Numbered from the stretch's first letter, positions 1 to 9,286 are shown. The stretch is DNA of 64,000 nt from Gammaproteobacteria bacterium (GCA_965238225.1 OZ250183.1:928001-992000); one strand, 5' to 3'. Notes: a model not told the origin generated them from the sequence alone. Made by a program: numbers and translations.

Positions 1-1
1 A

Positions 2-988
2 CGTGCTGAGGCGACTCGATTTGCTTATAAACTAAAACAAGCGCTTGACGATAGCAATGCATTTGGTGCGGTACGCGTTACACCGGACAAAACGGCATCA
101 GGTGATTTATACGTGCTTGGTAAGATTAAAGAATCAAACGGTAAAGACGTAAAGTTTGCGCTGAATGTTATAGATATAAGTAGTAAATCATGGCTTAATC
201 GTAGTTTAAAACATGAAGTGAGAGAATCTTTTTACAAGAATTACAGGAACAGAGGTACAGACCCCTATACTCCAGTTTTTGAGCAGGCAGCTGATGAAAT
301 TATTGCTGCATTAAAAAAGCGCGATCCTTCAGAACTGGCTGACCTCAAATATATTGCAGATTTAAGATTCGGGGCGAGTTTTAATGATGCCGTTTTTATG
401 GAATACATGAATACCGATGGCAAATATATCAAGTTAAGAAGTAAGCCAAGCGACGATGACCCAATGCTGCAACGCGTGACATCAATACGTGTGCGCGAAC
501 AATTATTCGTTGATAGCCTGCAGCAAAACTACGCATCTTTTTCACAAAATATGGACGAAAGCTACTCGAAATGGCAAGAAGCTAGTTTTACTGAAAATAA
601 ACTACACAGTGCAGCAAAAACGGACAGCATCATGAAAGGGCTGGGGGGCGCATTGCTTCTTGGCTTATCAATAGCTGTTGCTATAGCATCCAAAGATACT
701 GGCAGTGTTGGTGCTGAAACCGCGCTCGCAACTGCTGCTATAGGAGGAGGTCTTGCTGGCGCATGGATGTTATCAGGTAGTTTCAAGTCTAAAGAAGAAG
801 CAAAATTACATAAAGATGCCATTAACGAGCTAGGAGAATCAATGAATGCCGATCTGGCTCCACGTGTAATATCTTTTGAGAATGAAACGATAGAATTAAC
901 TGGCAATATGCAAGAACAGTTCACTCAATGGAGAGGATTTCTTAAACGTATTTATAATCAAGAAGCAACCCCTGACACAGCTTTATAA
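2..988 (+). CDS. Hypothetical envelope protein, 5'-truncated by the window edge, with a glycine-rich hydrophobic hairpin near the C-terminus
   Basis: The frame of ORF 113..988 is open back to position 2 (RAEATRFAYKLKQALDDSNAFGAVRVTP...). Hydrophobic segments GLGGALLLGLSIAVAIAS and ALATAAIGGGLAGAWML. First visible gene of a tightly packed operon. Confidence 0.75.
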   Translation, partial: RAEATRFAYKLKQALDDSNAFGAVRVTPDKTASGDLYVLGKIKESNGKDVKFALNVIDISSKSWLNRSLKHEVRESFYKNYRNRGTDPYTPVFEQAADEIIAALKKRDPSELADLKYIADLRFGASFNDAVFMEYMNTDGKYIKLRSKPSDDDPMLQRVTSIRVREQLFVDSLQQNYASFSQNMDESYSKWQEASFTENKLHSAAKTDSIMKGLGGALLLGLSIAVAIASKDTGSVGAETALATAAIGGGLAGAWMLSGSFKSKEEAKLHKDAINELGESMNADLAPRVISFENETIELTGNMQEQFTQWRGFLKRIYNQEATPDTAL

Positions 989-1005
989 TTCGCAGGTGTA
1001 TAGTC

Positions 1006-2487
1006 ATGCTTGAGCAAAAACTCGCTGAAGTTAAGGCAAGCCAGCGCAAGAAATTTATCAATTTGTCTATTGGCTTTGTTGTAACCATACTGGTTTGCAG
1101 TGCGATTTTTATTATTGTTTCCTATTTCCAAGCACAGCCTGAAGTGGCTAAATCGATTTCTCCAAGCCCCGTTAAAGAAATAGAAGAAACCACTGCGCAA
1201 GCTGGCTTGGGAAAATCCCCATCAAGATCACTCGATGCCTTACAGGCAATGGACGATGAAGGACTGCGCCAGCGATACATAGATATTCTGAATGATTTTG
1301 AAAAAACTATTAAACCGCAACTTAATAAAATTGATCTAAACAAGCGGGATAAATCTCGTTTAAATCATCTTGCGATGTTAGAAGAACAAGCGCTTGCAAA
1401 ATTTAGCATTGCTGATTATGCGCAGGCATTAAATTATATTGAAGAATTAAAGCAGCTTGCCGAGGCAATTATCTTTGCTAGCGAAAAGCAATTTGAAGAG
1501 GCATTCTCTAATGCGCAGGAGGCATTTAATGCAGATAATTACGACGATGCCAGATTTTTTATAGATAACGCATTAATGCTCAACAATCAATCCGAAGATG
1601 CAGTTCATCTGTCAAATAAAATAGATGATCTGTCTGAAATTTTACCGCTACTTAGAAAAGTAAATATCGTCAGAGTCGAAAATAACCATGAGAAAGAACT
1701 TAAGCTTATAAAACATATCCTTAAATTAAACCCAAAACGAGAGTCGTCCATCGGGCGCAGGCATGAATTGGAAGGCATCATTAACAGGAAAAATTTCAAG
1801 TCATATGTTATTCAATCTTATAAAGCTATAGAGAAAGCTAATGTAAAAAAAGCAAAACAAAGCCTCAGAAAAGCAGGAAATATTTATCCTAATCGTCCAG
1901 AAATTACAGATATTACAATAGCACTACAGGCGCTTGAGAAAGATCAAAACTTTAAGAAGTATCAGCAGGCAGCACAAGCGGCAATAACATCTGATGATTG
2001 GGAAACGGCAAAACAACAATTGGAGTTGGCTCTGCAAGAACGAGCCAATGATAAATTAATTCAAGAATCACTAGCTGATGCGACAATGATTGTTTTTTTG
2101 CAAAACGATCTTGATAAACACATAGCCAATCCATATCGTTTGTCGAACAAACCGGTTTTGTCTACTGCAAAGTCTAAAATCTCAAAAGCTAAACCATTCA
2201 TTGATATGAGCTTATCACTGAAGAATAAAATAGAAACCTTATCTGGGCTTATCGAGAGCATGAACAAAAAAATTAATGTGGAGATTCTCTCTGATAACCA
2301 AACAAATATAATCGTTCGCAGGGTGGGTGTCGTTGGTAGAATACAATCAAAAACGATTCAACTGGCACCTGGGCATTATAAATTTGAAGGTAAACGAGAA
2401 GGCTTTAAATCAAAATTAATAGATGTGTTCATTTCCCATGAAGAAACAGATCATCAATTAAGCATTATTTGTGATGAATCCATTTGA
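1006..2487 (+). CDS. Membrane-anchored helical (TPR-like) protein with a C-terminal PEGA-like beta domain
   Basis: 493 aa. One N-terminal TM (FINLSIGFVVTILVCSAIFIIVSYF), TPR-like helices (ADYAQALNYI, DNYDDARFFIDNAL, DDWETAKQQLELAL) and a C-terminal beta segment (SDNQTNIIV...LAPGHYKFEGKREGF). Confidence 0.65.
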   Translation: MLEQKLAEVKASQRKKFINLSIGFVVTILVCSAIFIIVSYFQAQPEVAKSISPSPVKEIEETTAQAGLGKSPSRSLDALQAMDDEGLRQRYIDILNDFEKTIKPQLNKIDLNKRDKSRLNHLAMLEEQALAKFSIADYAQALNYIEELKQLAEAIIFASEKQFEEAFSNAQEAFNADNYDDARFFIDNALMLNNQSEDAVHLSNKIDDLSEILPLLRKVNIVRVENNHEKELKLIKHILKLNPKRESSIGRRHELEGIINRKNFKSYVIQSYKAIEKANVKKAKQSLRKAGNIYPNRPEITDITIALQALEKDQNFKKYQQAAQAAITSDDWETAKQQLELALQERANDKLIQESLADATMIVFLQNDLDKHIANPYRLSNKPVLSTAKSKISKAKPFIDMSLSLKNKIETLSGLIESMNKKINVEILSDNQTNIIVRRVGVVGRIQSKTIQLAPGHYKFEGKREGFKSKLIDVFISHEETDHQLSIICDESI

Positions 2488-4480
2488 TCAAAAAATACAT
2501 GTGGCAAAGAAAAAACAACGCCTGTTTTATATCAGGGTATTTGTATCACTACTAATAAGTGCGGTTATTATTTTAATGATTATCCTCGCCTCACGAGGCA
2601 CACGCATTGAAGTGAAACCTGATGATGCCGCCATACAAGCATCCATACATATAAATGCAGGGGTTGCCATGGTGATTGGTGAAACACTTTATTCAATATT
2701 AAACAATCCAGCTATTGCTGTTTCAGCAGAAGGCTTCCATACAAAGACGCAAGTGCTGGATAATAACGACTTTGGTAAAGTCATGCGTATTACTCTGAAA
2801 CCACTGCCTGCAATAGTAGAACTTGGCACAAACATTGACGATGATAAAACAGGCTGGATCATTGATGGTAAAACACTCGCTACTGGAAATATTTTTAAAT
2901 ATGAATTGCCCGCAGGTATTTACAAGCTCACCGTGATGCATCCTCATTATCATATAAAAACCGTGCCGCTATCTTTAATACGAGGTGAAACCTTCAAGAA
3001 AATCATTGAAGGTACCCCTATAGACGGCACGATAACCGTCAATACCAAGCCAAGTGGTGCCAGTGTATCAGTCAATACTGTTAAGAAGGGACTGACACCG
3101 ATCACTTTGACCGTACAAGGCGGTTATCATGATGTCATTGTTGCACACGACAAATATGAAAATATTAATGACACGATTGAAATCAGCCGCGCCACATCTG
3201 AGGTTCATCGAGATTATGTATTAGAGTTAAAAAAGACAAAGGTTGGTGTCACTTTAAAACCTGCTGGTGGAAAATTAAGTCTGGACGGTATCATACTCAA
3301 AGAAACAGACAATATCACTGTTGCAACAGGCATCAAGCATCGACTAACTTATTCTAAACAAGGTTATTTCACAAAAAGTGAAACCTTTAATATAACAGCT
3401 CGCGATACCTTGCTTTTATACTTTGAATTGACAAAAGAAATGGGAATGGTTGATATTGAATCAACACCAGAAGCTGAGGTTACATTGAACGGCGAGCCCA
3501 TGGGCACAACGCCGTTGCAATTATCCTTGCATGCTGTTCCCCAAGATATCACCCTGAGCAAACCGAAATATCGCAGTGTTACAAAGACTATTATTCCAAA
3601 GGCAGCGAGTAGCAAGAAAATTAGCGTAACCTTAACCTCTGAACTAACCGCGCGACTCAAAGAAGCACCCAAGCTATACACCAATAAAGCCGGCGGCAGA
3701 TTAAAACTATTTACACCAAATGATACTTTCACAATGGGGGCAAAGCGCAGTGAACCCGGTCAACGGATAAACGAGTTTATAAAAGAAATTAAACTTACTA
3801 GGCCATTTTATGCAGGCGTTTATGAAGTTACAAATGCGCAATACAGCCAATATGACAAGAGCAGGCAAGGTGACCCCGAAAAGCCAGTTACTTCTGTATC
3901 ATGGACAGATGCGGCCGGATTTTGTAACTGGCTTAGCCTGTCGGAGGGCTTAGAACCCGTTTACCATATTATAAATAACCGGCTGCAAAATATAAATACA
4001 AATATTGATGGCTATCGTTTGTTGACCGAAGCTGAATGGGAATGGTTAGTCAGAAAATCTGGCAAGTCGGCGCAAACTACATTTGTGTGGGGTGATGAGC
4101 GTACCATACCAAAGGGTGCTGTTAATATTGCAGATGAATCGGCCAAGGGCAAGGTCGAGAATATAGTGTCAAAATATAATGATGCTTATGCAGAGGCGGC
4201 ACCAGTGGGAAGTCTCGCACAGGAAAAATCTGGACTCTATGACCAAGGTGGTAATGTGAGTGAATGGACACATGATAGCTACTCGATAGTGCCGCCTAAA
4301 TCAGGTAAAGTGCTTCAAGACCCATTTGATTCGGCCATGGGCAATACCCATGTGGTTAAGGGAGCAAGCTGGCGCTCAGGCTCTATTACTAAGCTTCGAG
4401 CATCATTCAAGGACGGTTTAAACGATCCTCGGGATGATCTTGGTTTTAGGATTGGACGATATATCTATGCAGGAAATTAA
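2471..4480 (+). CDS. PEGA-repeat protein with a C-terminal FGE-sulfatase (SUMF1/EgtB/PvdO-type) domain
   Basis: N-terminal TM. PEGA motifs (TKPSGASVSVN..KGLTP; ESTPEAEVTLNGEPMGTTP). FGE-fold motifs FTMG, YEVTNAQY, PVTSVSW, RLLTEAEWE, GLYDQGGNVSEW, KGASW, GFRI. Confidence 0.85.
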   Translation: MMNPFDQKIHVAKKKQRLFYIRVFVSLLISAVIILMIILASRGTRIEVKPDDAAIQASIHINAGVAMVIGETLYSILNNPAIAVSAEGFHTKTQVLDNNDFGKVMRITLKPLPAIVELGTNIDDDKTGWIIDGKTLATGNIFKYELPAGIYKLTVMHPHYHIKTVPLSLIRGETFKKIIEGTPIDGTITVNTKPSGASVSVNTVKKGLTPITLTVQGGYHDVIVAHDKYENINDTIEISRATSEVHRDYVLELKKTKVGVTLKPAGGKLSLDGIILKETDNITVATGIKHRLTYSKQGYFTKSETFNITARDTLLLYFELTKEMGMVDIESTPEAEVTLNGEPMGTTPLQLSLHAVPQDITLSKPKYRSVTKTIIPKAASSKKISVTLTSELTARLKEAPKLYTNKAGGRLKLFTPNDTFTMGAKRSEPGQRINEFIKEIKLTRPFYAGVYEVTNAQYSQYDKSRQGDPEKPVTSVSWTDAAGFCNWLSLSEGLEPVYHIINNRLQNINTNIDGYRLLTEAEWEWLVRKSGKSAQTTFVWGDERTIPKGAVNIADESAKGKVENIVSKYNDAYAEAAPVGSLAQEKSGLYDQGGNVSEWTHDSYSIVPPKSGKVLQDPFDSAMGNTHVVKGASWRSGSITKLRASFKDGLNDPRDDLGFRIGRYIYAGN

Positions 4481-4482
4481 AC

Positions 4483-4635
4483 ATGAAATTATCAAGAAAT
4501 ATTAATAGAAGAGTGATCGTTACGGGGCTGTGCGTCATTTTCATGATGCTTGCGATTACAGTGATTCACAAAGTCTATGCAGAAAAATTCAAAATCAGTC
4601 TTAATTCACCGGTTTCTTTTCCAATTGATATATAA
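4483..4635 (+). CDS. Small 50-aa protein: signal peptide/TM plus a short C-terminal peptide ending SPVSFPIDI
   Basis: ATG 2 nt after the upstream stop and TAA 9 nt before the next ATG. Translates to MKLSRNINRRVIVTGLCVIFMMLAITVIHKVYAEKFKISLNSPVSFPIDI. Below the ORF-track cut-off but fills the operon gap exactly. Confidence 0.75.
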   Translation: MKLSRNINRRVIVTGLCVIFMMLAITVIHKVYAEKFKISLNSPVSFPIDI

Positions 4636-4644
4636 CTTATTGTC

Positions 4645-5394
4645 ATGATTAAAAATTTTATTGCGCTGGTTCTCTCTATCATCATCGTACATATGGTTTA
4701 CATTGGTTATGTGCGCCCTAAAGCCAATACATTAATAGAAATGGCCGAGCAACAAGGTCGGCAATCTGTATCCAGAAGTGTGGTGGTTATTGTGAAAGAT
4801 TATGAACAGGAAATCTGTTTCATCTTGATGTTCTGGGGCTTCTTCCTTGTTGCAAATAGTTATCGAGAAATATTAAAAACCAAACACTTGTTCTCGGTTG
4901 ATATGATTGAGGGTAAAGACAAAGACAGCGTGGATGTCGATAGTATTATCAAAAAATTGGACGAACAAATTCCGCAAGATTGTTTGTCGTCACCACTTGT
5001 CCAGACATTACGCTCATCGTTATGGCGATATTCAGCAACAAGAAACGTACAAAACTTATCTGATGCAATTGAAAGCAATCTTAACGCATTAGCCGCGAGA
5101 CAAGATTCTGAAAACACCATGATCCGTTATTTGATATGGGTGATTCCGTCCATCGGTTTTATCGGTACGGTACGTGGTATCGGGCAGGCATTATCCGCAG
5201 CAGACCAAGCGCTTGCTGGCGATATATCGGCAATGACAAATAGTCTCGGTGTTGCGTTTAATTCAACACTGGTTGCACTGCTGATTAGTATTTTTTTGAT
5301 GTTTCTTTTTCATCAATTACAAAGGCTGCAAGATAGTCAAATACTTGATACACAAGAATATTGTGAAAAATATTTACTCAGGCGTATAAGGTAG
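4645..5394 (+). CDS. MotA/TolQ/ExbB proton-channel family protein
   Basis: Motifs IPSIGFIGTVRGIGQAL and SLGVAFNSTLVALL match the last two TM helices of ExbB/TolQ/MotA. Confidence 0.9.
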   Translation: MIKNFIALVLSIIIVHMVYIGYVRPKANTLIEMAEQQGRQSVSRSVVVIVKDYEQEICFILMFWGFFLVANSYREILKTKHLFSVDMIEGKDKDSVDVDSIIKKLDEQIPQDCLSSPLVQTLRSSLWRYSATRNVQNLSDAIESNLNALAARQDSENTMIRYLIWVIPSIGFIGTVRGIGQALSAADQALAGDISAMTNSLGVAFNSTLVALLISIFLMFLFHQLQRLQDSQILDTQEYCEKYLLRRIR

Positions 5395-5404
5395 CTTCTC
5401 AGGA

Positions 5405-6466
5405 TTGGGCCAACGTAAGCAATCGGAAGGATTTAATCTCGCTTTTCTCGATATTATGTCGTGTGGTCTCGGCGCTGTCGTTCTTGTGTTTATGTTGGTA
5501 AAGCACAACATTAATGACTCTTCAGTTGAGCTTAAAAATCTTGAAAATGATATTCAAAATTTCGAAGTAATAAAACAAGATTCCATCCAGTTTTTGCAAA
5601 AAATTGAGACACAGATTTCTGAAGAAAGTTCGCAGGCAGAAGCGATCAAGAAAAAGCTTGCCAAGCTACAATCAGTTTTGACGAATAAGAATACCAATAT
5701 TGGAAAAATATCCAGAGAAATAGAAAGCCTTAAATCTAATATTGTAGATATAGAAATTGGAAAGAAAGAAGATTTAGTAGAAACCGAACAGGTTAATGAA
5801 GAAAATTATCTGTTGGGCCTTAAGGTTGAGGGACAAAAAATTGCGATTTTGTTAGATAGCAGCGCATCAATGACAAACGAAAAATTGATCGACATTATTA
5901 AAACTAAAAATAGTTCTAAAAAAGATAAACAACAGGCAGACAAATGGGTCAGAACAAAAAAGATTGTAGCGTGGTTGTTGGCACGTTTACCTAAAAACAG
6001 TGATATAGTTGTTGTGACCTTTAATGAAAAGGCGAAGATATTAGGTAAGCAAGGATGGATGAAAGCGATCGATCCATTAGGTTTGTCCTCAATCTTGTCT
6101 GATTTGAACAAACTGGTTCCCGAGGGTGGTACGAACCTTCAATCTGGACTACGCATGGCAAACAAATATTCACCGTCGAATTTATATCTTATCACTGATG
6201 GCTTGCCGACTAAGGGTGAGTCACGTTACAAAAACCTGAACCCATTTGCGAGCTGCAATTCTCTGCTGGGCACTTCAAACACGATTTCGGGCGAGTGTCG
6301 GATAAAACTGTTTAAGAAAACTATTGCTGAAAGTAAACAAGAAGGTGTTCAAATAAACGTTGTGTTATTACCTGTTGAAGGTGATCCTGATGCGGTAAAT
6401 CAGTATTGGTATTGGTCGGCATCAACAGGAGGATTGGTGATTAGCCCCGCGAATAATTGGCCATGA
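5405..6466 (+). CDS. vWA-domain protein with an N-terminal ExbD/TolR-like TM and a coiled coil
   Basis: TM FNLAFLDIMSCGLGAVVLVFML containing Asp, then a coiled coil. MIDAS elements DSSAS, GGTNL, ITDG. Confidence 0.85.
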   Translation: MGQRKQSEGFNLAFLDIMSCGLGAVVLVFMLVKHNINDSSVELKNLENDIQNFEVIKQDSIQFLQKIETQISEESSQAEAIKKKLAKLQSVLTNKNTNIGKISREIESLKSNIVDIEIGKKEDLVETEQVNEENYLLGLKVEGQKIAILLDSSASMTNEKLIDIIKTKNSSKKDKQQADKWVRTKKIVAWLLARLPKNSDIVVVTFNEKAKILGKQGWMKAIDPLGLSSILSDLNKLVPEGGTNLQSGLRMANKYSPSNLYLITDGLPTKGESRYKNLNPFASCNSLLGTSNTISGECRIKLFKKTIAESKQEGVQINVVLLPVEGDPDAVNQYWYWSASTGGLVISPANNWP

Positions 6467-7413
6467 AACTACGTAAACGAGCATTCGACATCTTTAATCT
6501 ATCATTCTTGGATATCATTTCATGTGGATTCGGTGCCGTAGTAATGTTAGTGCTGATTTCAAAACCATATGATAATATTTCAATTACAGGACAAGAAGAA
6601 ATCAAAGATTTATTAAAAACAGTTATCACACTTAAAAATACAATTTTCGAAATGGAACAAACTATAGGAAGTCAATCTTTAAAGGCGAGAAAATTATCAA
6701 ATAAAAATAAACAGCTGGAAATAACTGCAAATCAACTTGAGCGTAAAATACAGAATCAAGAAAAGCAACAAACATCACTTGCTGATGATCTACAAGGTTT
6801 AGCACTGGTTCAATCGACGTTGAAGAAGGCATCACTTTCAATTCAAGAATCGATTAATACGATGCGTGATGAGGAAGTAGGAGGGATTCCTGTTGATAGT
6901 GATTACCTTATCTTCATTGTCGATACATCTGGCAGTATGCGACAGATATGGAACCGTGTTTCTTCGGAGATTATAAATGTCTTGAATATTCATCCAGAGG
7001 TGAAGGGCTTTCAGATATTAAATGACATGGGTAGGTCGCTGGTATCTGGATACGATGGCAAATGGATGTCGGATACTCCCAAAAGAAGGAAGAGTGTAAT
7101 CAATATATTCGATAGCTGGGCAGAGATGTCAAACAGCAGTCCAGTAGAAGGTATCGAGACAGCACTACGAAAATATGCAAAAAAAGATATAACAACATCA
7201 ATCTATGTATTTGGTGATGATTATACAGGTTCATCTTATGACTCTGTTATTGAGAAAATAACCAAACAAAATAATTTAACTGGCACTAAAAACAGGTTCG
7301 CCAAGATTCACGGTATCGGTTTTATTTCGCCAGGGGCAACAGACCAATTTGGTATATTGATGCGTGAGTTGACAAAACAAAACGGCGGGACATTTCTAGC
7401 CTTGCCACTTTAG
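6463..7413 (+). CDS. Second vWA-domain protein with an N-terminal ExbD/TolR-like TM and a coiled coil
   Basis: ATGA overlap with the previous stop. TM FNLSFLDIISCGFGAVVMLVLI, a coiled coil, MIDAS DTSGS and FGDD. Confidence 0.85.
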   Translation: MKLRKRAFDIFNLSFLDIISCGFGAVVMLVLISKPYDNISITGQEEIKDLLKTVITLKNTIFEMEQTIGSQSLKARKLSNKNKQLEITANQLERKIQNQEKQQTSLADDLQGLALVQSTLKKASLSIQESINTMRDEEVGGIPVDSDYLIFIVDTSGSMRQIWNRVSSEIINVLNIHPEVKGFQILNDMGRSLVSGYDGKWMSDTPKRRKSVINIFDSWAEMSNSSPVEGIETALRKYAKKDITTSIYVFGDDYTGSSYDSVIEKITKQNNLTGTKNRFAKIHGIGFISPGATDQFGILMRELTKQNGGTFLALPL

Positions 7414-7818
7414 GTTAATAATTTTTTGAACTTAATTCAGAGCTTGCAATAAAAAACTAAGGAAATTTCATAGTTTAAGATCTCGTTAACAAATAGATGA
7501 GTGATTGTCATAGGAAGCAAAAGAGGCTTGAAGATACCTTTGATAAGTTTTCTTTATTTTAGTACAGCAAAGGTTTAGAGACTGCTGCATAGGAAACGGT
7601 GCCTATTATTTACTTAACCATTATAAGATTAACGAGTTAGCTCAGTGTTTACCGTAAGGTGCTGCGTTTTGGCTTTTTATTCGACAGTCTTAATGTTAAT
7701 ATAGACATCGTACGTAATCAAAATATGTAATACAGATCACATAAACAGTTAGGATAAATTTTTTATTTATTATAATCCTGTTTTATTATCAGCGATACAA
7801 AATCAGGGACAGTCTGTT

Positions 7819-7852
7819 TTTTTATAGCCTGTTAATTTTTATAGCTTGTTAA
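7819..7852. repeat. Imperfect 17-bp tandem duplication upstream of the pilin gene
   Basis: tttttatagcctgttaa / tttttatagcttgttaa. Confidence 0.7.
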
Positions 7853-7891
7853 ATAGTTTGTCAATGCGTTTGTAGTTTATGGAGGCAAAAC

Positions 7892-8344
7892 ATGAACAGT
7901 AGAAAACAGCACAGGCAGAATAATCATCAACAGGGTTTTTCCATGATAGAGCTGATGGTAGTAGTTGCGATCGTTGGCATTATGGCCTCAGTCGCGCTGC
8001 CAACCTATCAAAATTATACCGAAAAAACTCAGCTAGCGGCGGTTTCATCAGAGCTTGCAAGCGCCAAAAAAGCGTATCATATAATCAAAGCTGCGGGAGA
8101 GGAACCACAGTCTCTCCGAGATCAAGACAACTGGATTGGCGTGAATATTGAATCTGACTCCGGTGCATGCTGGATGCAGATCCACTTATCCCCAACAATA
8201 GACTTATCGTGCCGTATCAATAAAGGGCACTTTAAGGGAGCATACATTTATTTAGATTATGATTCTAATCCTCCTTGGAATTGTAGTTTTGAAGGCACAC
8301 CACTCATACCCAGTGATCTTCAAAAGTATGTGACCGCCTGCTAG
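7892..8344 (+). CDS. Type IVa pilin-like protein
   Basis: Prepilin cleavage/methylation motif QG|[28 protein letters not shown]-terminal cysteines, and a GGAGG RBS at about 7881. Confidence 0.9.
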   Translation: MNSRKQHRQNNHQQGFSMIELMVVVAIVGIMASVALPTYQNYTEKTQLAAVSSELASAKKAYHIIKAAGEEPQSLRDQDNWIGVNIESDSGACWMQIHLSPTIDLSCRINKGHFKGAYIYLDYDSNPPWNCSFEGTPLIPSDLQKYVTAC

Positions 8345-8723
8345 CATTTAAGTTACCCGCAAAGTTCCCCTGTTCAAGTTGGTTTGCGCAATCAAGACTA
8401 TAATGGTCTTGTATTGCTATAAAAAAACGCTGTGGATAATACAGATAACAATCTATATTCCGTTTATGATAATTTCTAGAAGTGAAGCTACTGTCATTGA
8501 GTAACCGTTTGAGCGTAATTTTCAAGTAGAAGTACACAATCTATGACAAAGAATCGCTTGCAATATTGACGCTAGTGATTCACATAGAAATTAAGAATCC
8601 ATAAAGTTTATTTTATAAATATGAAGTAGAAATATCCATATATATCAATTATATACCTGTATCTACAGTACTAATTAATACCAGTCAGAACGTTCAGATA
8701 CGTCACAAGCGCAGCTACAAAAT

Positions 8724-8755
8724 ACTGGCAATATCCATAACTGGCAATATCCATA
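8724..8755. repeat. Perfect 16-bp tandem duplication upstream of nuoA
   Basis: actggcaatatccata x2. Confidence 0.85.
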
Positions 8756-8917
8756 ATAATTTATTAATTTCAATGATTGTTTCGATGCAAGTATTGTATA
8801 CTGTCAACAGCATTGCACCAACGCAGGTAAAGATGAGCGGTTTATTGTTTGTGTACGAGATTATTTACGTGTTTTTTTCTTTTATTATTTAGATTGATAA
8901 AGGGTATAACAAACCAG

Positions 8918-9286
8918 ATGTTGGAAAATTATTTCCCCATTCTTGTATTCATTATTATTGGCTTGGTGCTGGGTACCACGATGATCATTATTGGGTTTGG
9001 TTTTGGTAAGTTGATGGGTCATGCTCGTCCGGATTCTGTAAAACAGTCTCCTTATGAATGCGGCTTCGAAGCATTTGAAAATGCCCGTATTAAATTTGAC
9101 GTTCGTTATTATCTTGTTGCCATCTTATTTATTATCTTTGATCTTGAAATTGCATTTCTCTTTCCATGGGCAGTTGTGCTTGAAGAAATAGGCTTGGCTG
9201 GGTTTTGGGCAATGATGATTTTTCTTGGCGTGCTTGTGATTGGTTTTATTTATGAATGGCGCAAAGGAGCTCTTGAATGGGAGTAA
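8918..9286 (+). CDS. nuoA: NADH-quinone oxidoreductase subunit A
   Basis: [11 protein letters not shown]..., [32 protein letters not shown]. Start moved to ATG 8918. Confidence 0.97.
   Translation: MLENYFPILVFIIIGLVLGTTMIIIGFGFGKLMGHARPDSVKQSPYECGFEAFENARIKFDVRYYLVAILFIIFDLEIAFLFPWAVVLEEIGLAGFWAMMIFLGVLVIGFIYEWRKGALEWE

Noticed and set aside
3720-4480. FGE-fold C-terminus as a diversity-generating retroelement target
   Set aside because: No reverse transcriptase and no template-repeat copy of the 3' end were seen in the window.
4645-7413. Zorya (ZorAB) or standard ExbBD/TolQR assignment
   Set aside because: No long ZorA tail, OmpA-like domain, zorC/D/E, or TonB/TolA partner is present. The partners carry vWA domains instead.
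7470-7640. Possible MITE (ctcgttaa...ttaacgag) and short motifs shared with 45410-45540
   Set aside because: Matches of only 8-14 bp in AT-rich DNA, in inconsistent orientations and without a clear target duplication. Compatible with chance.
8345-8917. tRNA-Leu often found upstream of nuoA, and a 77-aa minus-strand ORF
   Set aside because: No tRNA cloverleaf or T-loop motif was found, and the ORF has no recognisable motif.
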